A stretch of DNA of 63,358 nt, filler included, from Octopus bimaculoides (Eukaryota), in assembly GCF_001194135.2 (NCBI RefSeq). It is 8 parts of 8 records of this genome, joined end to end, with 100 filler letters (N's around TTAATTAATTAA, not from the genome) between each part and the next. Parts side by side here need not be neighbours in the genome. Positions count along the whole stretch, not along the records: positions 24,580 to 45,192 come from NC_068994.1; 7 more parts are not named here. One strand, written 5' to 3'. A program made the translations under genes and the position numbers. Below are positions 25,911-37,332 of the stretch, piece by piece. Below the pieces are notes generated by a model. It saw only the letters and a program-made list of their open reading frames with translations, was not told where the DNA came from and did no database searches. Each line of letters starts with the position of its first letter. Within the stretch, counting starts at the first letter, position 1.

Positions 25911-27830
25911 GTCTTTGCAAAGCTTCTAACGCTGGAGAAGTACTACAGTGTCAGCTGTTCTCTACCAGTGAACTAAAGTAACACCTCTTATTTTTCGAGC
26001 CCTTTCCGGAGTATTCGAGCGGTTCCAAGCAGTGCAAGTGCTCCACTCTTATTGCAGCCCCTATTTGTTCCACGTAATTCTCGAGATTTTTGCTCACTTT
26101 TCCCAGGGCTCCGACAATTATTGGTACTACTGCTACCTTTTTCATCAACCACAACTGCTTAACTTCCCAAGCTAACCTGTCATATCTCTCGACTTTTCTT
26201 TCTTCCTTATCGCATACCTTGTTGTCAGCTGGGTATGCTATATCTATGATCCAGCATAGTTTGTATTCTTTCTCAGTTAAAACTAGATCCGGCTTCCTAT
26301 TTTCTATCTCATGGTCGCACTGAATCATAAAATCTCATAGAATCTTTGCATTTCTATTTTCGACGATGCCTTCAGGTTTGTAGTCGTACCAATGTTTTGC
26401 TGTCAAGAACACACTTGTTGCAAAGTGTCCAATGGACAAGCCTGGCTATATTGACGTGGCATCTGTTATATTCCTTGTCTATTCCTTTTGCGTTTAGTTT
26501 AACCTAGTATTTGTCATGAAGGGGCTTTTCTTGCCATCATTTTATCCTGATCCGTTGCTCTTCCAGTTTTAGTTTGGATTTCAGTTGTTTTACAGCTTCT
26601 GTTGTTTCATCTTTTTCTTCATAGTTGTTAGGTACTATGACTTCTTTTTTGTATTTGTCAGCTTCCTTAAAGACTGAAAACAGTTTTTTGTTTTGTTTGT
26701 GTTTTATGGCTATTTGTATTAATTTTCCTTGCTTCTGAAGTAGGTATTTTGTGTAGTCCTATGGTGGTTATTTTGTAATAGTTTTCTTACTGTATAACTG
26801 TATAAGGCTTCTGCCACCTTCCATACGTTGTATACATAATCTTTCTATGTCAGTTTTTGGGTGGTGCATCCTAAATCCTGACATTATTTTTCTTGCTTTC
26901 TTGTCGATTTTGATTAGTTCATTTAGTATCCAGTTTAGGATATTGTAGCTCATAACTTATAACTAGGACAGCTAGAGTGTTGATACCTATTATCTTGTTT
27001 TTTCGCACTGAGCTGTTTTCAGTATGAATCTAACTTGTCTATAGTATTCTTTTATTTTCTCTTTCATTTGTGTGTGTTGTTGCGTATCTTCCAGATGCTT
27101 GCTTATTCCCTACGATATATTGCTGTAAAGGCATTGTAAATTGTTGGAAGACAAGTTATTGGTCTGTAATTTTGTGGGATTGCCGTTTCAGTTGATATGG
27201 GAATTAAGATAGTTTTCCCTTCCATGAGCCTTTCAGGTATTATCTCTAGCTCTGCTATTATTTCATTAAGTTTCTCAGCTAGCTTTTCATGTGTTCCTGT
27301 CAAGTACTTTAACTAGAAGCTGATGATCTTATCATGCCCGGGTACCTTCCAGTTGTTTAGTTTTTGCAGTGCCAGAGTTGTTCAGGTGCGGAGTTCGTTG
27401 TTTTGATAGACTTTTCTGAGGTTGTTCCTTCGACGACCATATTTCTTTACAAAATTCCTCCACTTCTTCTGCTGTTGGTGTTGCATTGATCTCTCTTTTA
27501 TTTTTGCCAAGTTCTTGGTAGAATCTTTTGGAGTTGGAGTTGAACTGTTTGTTTTATTCAAAGAAACGTTGGCGTTTCTCATACCGGCGAATTCTTTGTG
27601 CTTTGGCTAGGATATCATGCTTTAGCTGTTCTTTTGCCTCAGGTATATCTTGTTCTGTAATTTTGTGTTTGCGTTGTATTTTTATCTTCTTGTTACTTAG
27701 TAGTGTTGATTGTCTACTAGTTTCGTTAAATATTAACAGATATTTTCTCTTGTTTTCTATTTTTTATTATCCACCGGGTTTGTTTGTGTGGCGGTACTCT
27801 TGTTTGGATGAGTTTCAGGGAGTATCTAGC
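25911..27830 (-). mobile_element. R4/Dong-type LINE with two internal deletions
   Basis: Pre-RT region (QNYRPITCLPTIY), thumb region (HHPKTDIERLCI), RLE domain (RKPDLVL...IIDIAYP...VPIIVGALG) and TAA tail. The YxDD core and the CCHC knuckle are absent. Confidence 0.9.
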
Positions 27831-28286
27831 TTCTTCTTCCTCCTCTTCTTCTTCTTCTTCTTCTTCTTCTTCTTCTTTTTCTTCTTCTTCTTTGTCTTTT
27901 TCCTTTTCTTCTTCTTCTTCTTCTTTTTCTTCTTCTTTGTCTGTTTCCTTTTCTTCTTCTTCTTCTTCTTCTTCTTCTTCTTCTTCTTCTTTTTCTTCTT
28001 CTTTTTCTTTTTCCTTTTCTTTTTCTTTTTCTTCTTCTTTTTCTTTTTCTTTTTCTTTTTCTTCTTCTTCTTCTTCTTCTTCTTCTTTTTCTTCTTTTTC
28101 TTTTTCCTTTTCTTTTTCTTTTTCTTTTTCTTCTTTTTCTTTTTCTTTTTCTTTTTCTTTTTCTTCTTCTTCTTCTTCTTCTTCTTCTTCTTCTTCTTCT
28201 TCTTCTTCTTCTAATTATTATTATAATCATCATCATCATCATCATCATCATCAGCATCATTATTGTTGTTGTTGTTGTTGTTATTT
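27830..28286. repeat. ~380-bp (CTT)n/(CTTTTT)n polypyrimidine tract followed by (ATT)(CAT)(GTT) triplets
   Basis: Read directly from the sequence. Confidence 0.95.
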
Positions 28287-28570
28287 TAAGGCAGCGAGCT
28301 CGCAGCATCATCGTTAGCACGCTGCACGAAATGCTTAGCGGTATTTCGCCCGTCGCTATGTTCTGAATTCAAAATCCATCGAGGTCGTCTTTGCCTTCAT
28401 CATTTCGAGATCGATAAATTAAGTACCAGTGAAACAGTGGGGTCGAGGTCGGCTTTGCTTTCATCCTTTCGGAGGTCGATAAGTTAAGTACTAGTGAAAC
28501 ACTAGGGTCGATGTAAGCGACTAGTCCCCTCCACCTAAATTTCATGTCCTGTGCCTTTAGTAGAAAGGCT
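28286..28570 (+). mobile_element. SINE family B with tandemly duplicated ~65-bp core
   Basis: The GAGGTCG..TTTGC..TTCATC..GATAA..TAAGTAC.AGTGAAACA unit occurs twice. Confidence 0.85.
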
Positions 28571-28598
28571 TATTATTATTATTATTATTATTATTATT

Positions 28599-29178
28599 GA
28601 GTGAGAGAGCAGTGCATGCCATCAAAGTGACATTGGGGTAAGATATACGCAGCCCAATATACCCATCATGACTACCCGTCTGATAAGGGTACAATCGTCT
28701 GATAAGAGTACACTCGTCTGATAAGGCACATGCATCACAACCATATGTGCGCGACATGCTGATCTCATATCAAGATAAACAGCGCATGACCTCGCAGGTG
28801 GGGCCCAGTTAGAATTTTCTTTAGGTCGAGTAGCCCATCTCGCTCAAAAGGTCCCTGAATAAGGTCTGTTTAAGGATGTTGAGCAAAACACCCATGTTTC
28901 CAAAGGTAAATTATTCAAACCCCAAAGACTACCTCTCAACACATGGCTATGATGCTCCCCCACTACTTCTGCTCGTGATCAGAGATGCACATATCGTCAG
29001 CCACCAAGGGACATGCTCGACTGGTTAAGGTCAAACAACTGACAAGCAAATCTGTAGTATTGAGCAGAATATTTGCTGTAGCCCATCTTTTTATACCATG
29101 ACATAACAATGTACATAACACTTCCAATCAATTAAGATCAGAAGCCATGAGAGCCACTGCCTGGTGCTGCATCCGGGC
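28599..29178 (-). mobile_element. Full-length family F element flanked by (ATT)n on both sides
   Basis: Defined ends TGAGTGAGAGAGCAG...GCATCCGGGCAT. Internal triplication of CGTCTGATAAG. Confidence 0.9.
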
Positions 29179-29240
<62 letters not shown>

Positions 29241-29241
<1 letters not shown>

Positions 29242-30156
29242 GGCAGCGAGCAAAGTCCTTTGTACCGCAGCGTACAAAGTCCCTCGCGACATTTCGTCTC
29301 TCTTTACGTTCTGAGTTCATAATCTACTGAACTTTGTCTTTCATTCTTCTGGGATCAATAAAATGAGTACCAGTTGAGTACTGGGATCGATGTAATTGAC
29401 TAGTTCTCTCCCCAAAATTTCAGGCCTTGTGGCTATCGTAGAAAGATCACACAACAACAGTCAACCACACGGACACTAAATTTGGCCTTGTGCCTAGAAT
29501 TGAAATGATTATTATTATAATTAAGGTGGCAAGCTGATATATTCTTTACATCGGCCAGCAAAATACCTCACAATATTTCTTTCGATTAAGGCAGCGAGCT
29601 GGCAGAGTTGTTACTGTACTAGAAAAATTCTTCCTAACATTTCTTCCGACTTTACTTTCTGAGTTCAAATGCTACCGGGGCCAACTTTATCTTTCATCCT
29701 TTCGAAGTCGATAAAATAAGTACCAGTTAATCACTGGGATCGATGTAATTTACTTACACCTTTTTCCGAAATTGCTGGTCTTGTGCCAAAAATTGAAACT
29801 AATATTTCTTCCGACCCTTTATATCCTGAGTTCAAATTACCGAGATCAACTTCGCCTTTCATACCTCCGGGTTTCAATGAAGAAAAGCACCCGTCAAGTA
29901 TTGGGAGTCAATGTGATTAACTAATCACTTCCCACAAAATTACTGACTTTATGCCTTGATTAAAAACAATTATTATCTATCTTATGGCTACAAACAATCT
30001 GAGTCGTTTGAGCGTTGAACAAAATGCCTTGCGGTATTTCATCCAATTTTTATTCTGAATTCAAAACTCTCTGAGGCAATTTTGCCTTTCATCCTTTTTA
30101 AGGGTAGATAATATATAGTAGCAGTCATGTACTGAGGTAGATGCAATTGCCTAAAT
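29241..30156 (+). mobile_element. Head-to-tail cluster of about five SINE family B copies and fragments
   Basis: Repeated heads (AAGGCAGCGAGC) and cores (TTCATCC...GATAAAA.AAGTACC), all on the + strand. Confidence 0.8.
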
Positions 30157-30705
30157 CAGTGGTTCCCAAACTATGAGTCGCGACCCACTGATGGGTTGCG
30201 AACAGAATCCTAGTGGGTCGCAAAAAGTTATAAAATTACACATTAGCTTCGATTAACTGCTGTCTATCGAGATAGTTCAAGACTCATGTTTTCAATACCA
30301 GACTGGTTGTTTTATACCAGACTGGTTGTACAGTTCTGGGCGTCTCTTCAAATCCCGTACCCAATCATTTCCACCGAAGCATTAAAAGTACTTCTCCCTT
30401 TCGCGTCATCTTATAATTGTGAAGCTGGATTTTCAGCAATGGTTGGGATTAAAAGCAAATTTCGAAATAAACTGCAGCTCTCAAATTCTTTACGGCTGAA
30501 ACTATCACGCATTGAACCTGATGTTAATTCTATTATTGAGCGTAGCAAGAAACAGGCTCATCCTTCTCACAGGCCTCAATGAAAATGTAATCTGAAATAA
30601 ATTTGTTTCTTTCATTAATGTTTTTACCCAGTAGAGTTAAGTGAGTCGCCATAAACTGGTGTCATAAATAGTGGGTCACGTCTCTAAATAGTTTGGGAAC
30701 CACTG
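30157..30705 (+). mobile_element. Non-autonomous hAT (Charlie/Buster-like) element retaining the C-terminal dimerisation domain
   Basis: 16-bp TIRs CAGTGGTTCCCAAACT / AGTTTGGGAACCACTG, perfect 8-bp TSD GCCTAAAT, and ORF 30286-30582 (LLPFASSYNCEAGFSAM..IKSKFRNKL). Confidence 0.95.
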
Positions 30706-31329
30706 GCCTAAATCCCTGTGCCTACATTAGAAGCAATTAGTATTAAGCAAAGGCATGTTGCTAGCCTTTAAGATCTGAGTTCAAATCCTGCTGAGTTTGA
30801 GTTTGTCTTTTGTTTATCTAAGTTTCATAGTTTCCATCGTCATCATCATCATCATCATCATCATCATTATCATCTTCATCTCCATCGTCATAATTATCCT
30901 CAGCGTCATTCTCATGGTGTATGTTGTCATTGCATTTGTTCTTGATATAGTTTCAACTGTTGTTTTGTAATAATGTCGTTGTTATTCTTGTAGCTGTTAT
31001 TTCAGCCACCATTCTTTCAGGTGTTCAGATAAACATCTTCAAATCTATTAATAGATATCTTTATTCCCCATTTCCATTCAATTAGATAAATATGGTCACC
31101 ACTAAACGTGTGATGTGCATTTCGATCGCAGATTGTTAGCCCAACCCATTCACATTCACACACACATATGGCACCTCACAATAGTACACACATATCTATA
31201 CAGAGAAACAACTGCTTGAACAGTTTATACAAACACATGCATGATTAATAATATCACTATACATATGTTTGTATGTATGTATGTATGTATGTATGTATGT
31301 ATTATCTATCTATCTATTTATCTATCTAT

Positions 31330-31364
<35 letters not shown>

Positions 31365-31582
31365 CGTATGTATGTGTGTATATATATATATATGTGTGTG
31401 TGTGTTTATATATGTAATGAGAAAGATGCTTTATAATACATAACACCCATATACGCATGTATTTATATGTGTATACACACACACATACACACATATATAA
31501 TATATAGATACATATTTAGATACATATATACAAACATCTACACGCGTAAATATGGGTACATGTACATACATACGCACACATG

Positions 31583-31625
<43 letters not shown>

Positions 31626-32109
31626 NNNNNNNNNNNNNNNNNNNNNNNNNNNNNNNNNNNNNNNNNNNNNNNNNNNNNNNNNNNNNNNNNNNNNNNNNNN
31701 NNNNNNNNNNNNNNNNNNNNNNNNNNNNNNNNNNNNNNNNNNNNNNNNNNNNNNNNNNNNNNNNNNNNNNNNNNNNNNNNNNNNNNNNNNNNNNNNNNNN
31801 NNNNNNNNNNNNNNNNNNNNNNNNNNNNNNNNNNNNNNNNNNNNNNNNNNNNNNNNNNNNNNNNNNNNNNNNNNNNNNNNNNNNNNNNNNNNNNNNNNNN
31901 NNNNNNNNNNNNNNNNNNNNNNNNNNNNNNNNNNNNNNNNNNNNNNNNNNNNNNNNNNNNNNNNNNNNNNNNNNNNNNNNNNNNNNNNNNNNNNNNNNNN
32001 NNNNNNNNNNNNNNNNNNNNNNNNNNNNNNNNNNNNNNNNNNNNNNNNNNNNNNNNNNNNNNNNNNNNNNNNNNNNNNNNNNNNNNNNNNNNNNNNNNNN
32101 NNNNNNNNN

Positions 32110-32148
<39 letters not shown>

Positions 32149-33228
32149 TTCTATCTATGCGCTCGTGCACACACACATATATAAATACATACATCCATCC
32201 ATCCATCCATACAGACATACATTTATACAGCCATACACTTGCTCACGCACATATTTCCATCTGTATAAAGCAGTGTAGGAAGAGATCAATGGAAGTAAAT
32301 TTTGTCACATTTTATATCTGCAGTTTTAGAACGAAAACTACATTCTGGCGAATATCGTGAGGAAAGGTGACACACGCACATACTTATACACACGATGCGC
32401 ATACATAGCTACACATACAGATTCGCAAATACTCACATACACAGGTTATATTTATAGAGAGAAAGACATAAATGAGGTGGTCCAGAAAAAACAAATGTGT
32501 TCAAATATCCATTAAAAAATATGATTAAATTTTGAAAAATGCTTAGAATAAATTAATATTTCCGTCAAGATTTTGTTGTGTTTTGTAATTGTTTTAGCTT
32601 TTCTTGTTGATATTATTGTGTGAATTAATATTTGGTTCGGGTATGTAGAAAGTTTATGTGGGTAGGTGGCTTAATTGTATTATCTTATAGAAGTTCATAG
32701 TCAAGAGTTTGAATCAAATAGTTGATGTCATTGTTTACCTGTAGGTCTGTATGGATCTTGTTGTCCTATGACCAAACGCTTTCAAGCCGTGACCTTCGAC
32801 CACCTTATCTGATGTGTCATACCACTTTTTTTATTATTAACAACAGAATATGCTTTTAGGGCAATTGGGTTGCGACTTGTTACAAGCCTAACGACCACCT
32901 AAGGAATTTTCGATCGATCAACTGAATTACCTATTTTCAGAATTAGCGTGTAGCTTTTACGTAATTCTCAGGCGCAATCAATAGGATTATAGTGTATGGG
33001 CAAGACTAAACAAGTAGAATACATTCGACTGGCTCTTCGCAGTCTCTGTTCCCCCAATTTCACTCAGAAGGCTTGGCCGATGCAACACTATGGTATTGAC
33101 ACTTGTATAAGATTCCACACGTATATTGGGCTCCAGTCTAGGAACTCGTGATTGCGAAACGAATTACTCGAGTATTCTTGCTATGCCATGTATAAAAATT
33201 AGATTGAAGAACATACTTTAATCTCTAG

Positions 33229-33253
33229 AACAAGATGAAGTCCGTATAAACCG
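33229..33253 (+). CDS. Candidate 25-nt microexon (x-QDEVRIN-x)
   Basis: Acceptor CTTTAATCTCTAG and donor CCG|GTAAGT. Open in the phase 1 to phase 2 reading. No homology support. Confidence 0.25.
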
Positions 33254-33390
33254 GTAAGTAATGTGGTTTTCCTCTTCCTGTAAAAGTTCTTTGATTAAAA
33301 CATGCACTAAAATGTAATCAGTAAGACTTTCTTTTATATGGAAACCTTTTTGTGTTTGTGCAAAAATCATCTTTTGAAAACATACACCAA

Positions 33391-33523
33391 TGTGCACCAC
33401 ATGGTGACCTCATATCAAGATAAACAGCGCATGGCCTTGCAGGTGGGGGTCCAGTTAGAATTTTCTTCAGGTCAAGTAGCCCATCCCTCTCAAAAGGTCT
33501 CTGAATAAGGGTTGTTTAAGGAT
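33391..33523 (-). mobile_element. Family F fragment, left of the Penelope insertion
   Basis: Matches 28750-28875 and continues at 35227. Confidence 0.85.
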
Positions 33524-33694
33524 GCAGTTCTATATTTAAGAGATGAGGAATTATGTACATTATTTACATTTGACGGATATTTGTCCTCATCTTGTTTGTT
33601 GTTAACACAACGTTTCGGCTGATATGCCCTCCAGCCTTCATCTTGGGGAAATTTCGAACCTGGGTTCTCATTCTTAAGGTATTTTTCGATGTTG

Positions 33695-33759
<65 letters not shown>

Positions 33760-35226
33760 ATTTAGGTCGCTGCCTGGAATCGAACTCCTTAATACCGGTT
33801 CCCATATGCTGTTCATATCTGCACTCAGTCTTCTTAAGAGGTCGTTGTGTCCAATCATATGTGCTGCTTCTTTTAGTTTTCGTATTTTCCAGTGGTGTTC
33901 TCTGTCTATTATTTTAATTTCATCCCACAGGGGGAGGTGGTTTCCATTTTTCTATACATGATCAGCTATACCTGATTTATCAATATCTTCCCGTGTCACA
34001 GATTTGCGATGTTCCTCGAACCTTATTTTGAGGGGGCGACATGTTTCGCTTTTGTATAACCTACCACAGCTGCATGGGATGGAGTACACGTAATTCTTGG
34101 TCATATTCTCTTCTATTGGTGGTTTTTACTCGAAGGAGATATTTGCGAAGTGTTGTATTACTCTTGAATACTGTCCTGATGTCATATGGGTCGCATATCT
34201 TTTGTATCTTTTCGGAGAGGCCTTTCACATAGGGTTGACAGACTGTAGACAGTTTATCGGTTTCATCCTCTCTTTACTTCATAATTGGAAGTGGAGAGTA
34301 TGCTTTTGGGGTTGTTGTTGCTAAATAGATTGTTACTGAGCTTGATCATTTCTTCGTGGTGGGTATCACGATCGCTACTTATATTCATTGCTCGATGTTT
34401 TAGGCACTGAGCAATCCCTCTCTTTACATTGTATGGATGGTGGGAGTTGAAGTTGAGGTATCGTCCAGTGAAGGTCGGCTTGCAGTATACGGATGTCCTC
34501 AATCAATACTTGGTACATGTTATTAATACGTCCAGGAATGCCAGCTGATTGTCTTTTTCCTTTTCCATTGTGAACTGTATGGATGGCTTTATTGAGTTCA
34601 CATGATCTAACAGCACTTGGACATCTTCCTGGTAGGGCCAGAGTATAAAGGTGTCATCAACATATCACAGCCATAGGGTTGGTTTTAGTGGTGTTGATCC
34701 TAAAGCCAAATTCTCAAAGTATTCCATGTATATATTGGTTATTATCGGTGACAATGGTGAACCCATAGCTAAACCCGCTCCTTGTCGATATATATCAGTG
34801 TCCATACTGAAGTAGGTAGTTACCACACAGAAGGTCAACATTTCCATCAAGTTCCATCAAGACAACTATCTAAAAAGAACGCACTAGTATACCAATAAGA
34901 AACTTGTCGATATATATCAGTGTCTATACTGAAGTAGGTAGTTTCTATACAGAAGGTAAACATTTCCATCAAGTTTCTTATTGGTATACTAGTGCGTTCT
35001 TTTTAGATGGGTGTCTTGATAGCACTTGAAGGAAATGTTGACCTTCTGTGTAGAAACTACCTACTTCAGTATGAAGAGGGCTTAGCTATGGGTTCGTCAT
35101 TATCACCGATAATAGCCAATGTATACATGGAATACTTTGAGAATTTGGCTTTAGGATCAATATCAGCCGAAACGTTGTGTTAACAACAAACAAGATGAGG
35201 ACAAATATCCGTCAATTGTAAATAAT
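33524..35226 (-). mobile_element. 5'-truncated Penelope-like element (RT + GIY-YIG) with an inverted 5' portion and 13-bp TSD
   Basis: GLAMGSPLSP, YVDDTF, YCKPTFTGRYLNFNSHHP and VYSIPCSCGRLYKSETCRPLKIRFEEH. TSD GTTGTTTAAGGAT at 33511-33523 and 35227-35239. Confidence 0.92.
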
Positions 35227-35501
35227 GTTGTTTAAGGATATTGAACAAAATACTCATGTTTCTAGAGGTGAATTATCCAAACCCCATAGAATTCCTCTCA
35301 ACACATGGCTTGATTCTCCCCCACTACTTCTGCTCGTGATCAGAGATGCACATATCGTTAGCCACGAAGGTACATGCTCAACTGGTTAAGGTCAAACAAC
35401 AGACAAGCAAATTTGTGGTATTGAGCATAATATTTGTTGTATCCCATCTTTTATACCAAGACAAAGCAATGTACATGATAACACTTCCAATCAGTTAAGA
35501 T
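35227..35501 (-). mobile_element. Family F fragment, right of the Penelope insertion
   Basis: Matches 28865-29140. Confidence 0.85.
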
Positions 35502-35990
35502 GGGAGATAAACTTGCCTGGCACGACACTTCATGCTCGTCCACTTGCCCAAGATGCGCGCAGAGCAGTAAAACTGTTCTTGCACGCAATTGTGCAGTATT
35601 CGAAACTTTCGGAATTGTAGCTTTATGTTGAACAACTGCTATCAGGTTTGGGAAGAGTAAAACTGTCTTCCGAGTCTATAAAGATTGTTTCACCGCCCTC
35701 GCTGAACAAGGAAGGGAAGGAAGGGTTTGTTTTCTCTCTGTAGTGGCTGTGGCAAAAGAGGTAGGACACGCATGAAAAGTTTAGTGACAGGTGTCTTCAT
35801 CTCCAGCCTCGATTTTGTAAACTTTTTTATTTTCCACCTTAAAAGGCAAATAAGGCTGGAGAGGAGACGCTTGCCACTCAGTACATATGAGAAAAGATGG
35901 AAGAAAGTAGCAAGCATATTGAGAGGGAATGTGCCTGCTTAAGGGAGAACATGAAAATCTCTTAAAGTGTTCAGTGGAGGAACGTGGTTT
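35502..35990 (+). pseudogene. L1/Tx1-like ORF2 C-terminal remnant
   Basis: TCPRCAQSSKTVL(H)AIVQ (degenerate CCHC knuckle), then YVEQLLS...SESI and NFFIFHLKRQIRLERRRL...EKRW. Frameshifted. Confidence 0.65.
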
Positions 35991-36090
35991 GTGGGGTCGC
36001 ATCCGTACCTCACTCCATCATCATCATCATCTGATTTTATATTTCATCATAATTTTTTTATCTTGTCAACTCATTCGATCACCGACCCCT

Positions 36091-36238
36091 TTGTCTGTAC
36101 TCTCTTTGTCTCTACCTTTATGGTAAATAAAAACTCAGTTATTATTACAGTCTTGAGTTTTACAGTTGGAATAAACAGACTTAACACCTATCTGGATTAT
36201 TACTCTATTCTTTGTTAGTAAACAAGAGAAATATAACA
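36091..36238 (+). repeat. Partial 5' LTR
   Basis: About 9 mismatches in ~136 aligned nt against 40665-40813 (counted by eye). Ends AATATAACA. Confidence 0.9.
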
Positions 36239-36471
36239 AATTGGCGTCACCGGTAGGATACTGTCATCATTTTTGTGAAGTGGACATCTTGCGATAGGAT
36301 AAGAAAGTCTATTCTTGCGGAGTGGACTTTTTATCTCGACACTCAGATATTTGCACGTAAGCTTCATTTTAGATAAAACAATAATAGAACTATTTTTACG
36401 TTGATATCAATGGCGAAACAAAGCGGTAAGCTGACAAAGTTACACAGCAACTTCAACTTCATAGGGAACAA

Positions 36472-37327
36472 ATGGAGGTACAGACGCAGCAGTACAGAGA
36501 AGATATGGAAGCTTTGAGAAGGCTGATTCAAGTTCAAATTTCTGAAAAAGATTCCAGTCCTAGTTCCTGCATGCCAACTTCTACTACTATCCCACTATTT
36601 GTTGCTTTTGACTCAGCACTTGAATTGAGGCCTGATTACTGGTCAAGATTCTGCACCTTTATTATGGCAAACGCCGTACCAAGGCTCAGTTTTTTTTTGA
36701 CAAATCAAACCGTTGCCATTTATAAACAACTGGCGAATTTGGCTACTCAACAGAGTTCATCAAAGGATATTAACGAGCTGACAATGGAAGAAATTGTCAG
36801 CTTTATAAAGGAACAATTTAATCCAAAATCTTTCATTGTGCGAGAGCGTTTCAAGTTCTAGAGTGACATACAATGGAAGCCAGGCGAAACTCTCCAGGAA
36901 CTGGCAGTGCGTATACGACAAGATGCTGCTACCTGTGACTTTCCTTCTATCACAGATCCTCAGGATAAAGCTCTTAGACAGAGATTCATATGTTCTCTCA
37001 ACAATAAAGCTGTCTTAAAGGCTCTTTTTAAGATCAAGAATACAGAGCTGGATTCCGCCCGTGCTGTCCAAGTCGCAACTTAGACCGAAGACGCAACGAA
37101 GGTTACCAAAGAAACTGTCTACGATTCCAAGATTAGGCCTGTCAACAAGATCAAGCAAACCCAGAACAAGGGTCAACGAATAAACCACCAGTAGTATAAT
37201 TCCACAGACCCTGGATTGAAGTGTTACAGATGTGGAAATGCCCATAAAGTGACAAACTGCCCCTACAAAGAAGTCAAATGTCACTTTTGTGACAAGAAAG
37301 GACATTTGGAAGCTGTTTGTAAGTAGA
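36472..37327 (+). pseudogene. gag: Gypsy gag with two CCHC-type knuckles
   Basis: FIVRERFKF, CYRCGNAHKVTNC and CHFCDKKGHLEAVC. In-frame stops. Confidence 0.85.
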
Positions 37328-37332
37328 CAGCA

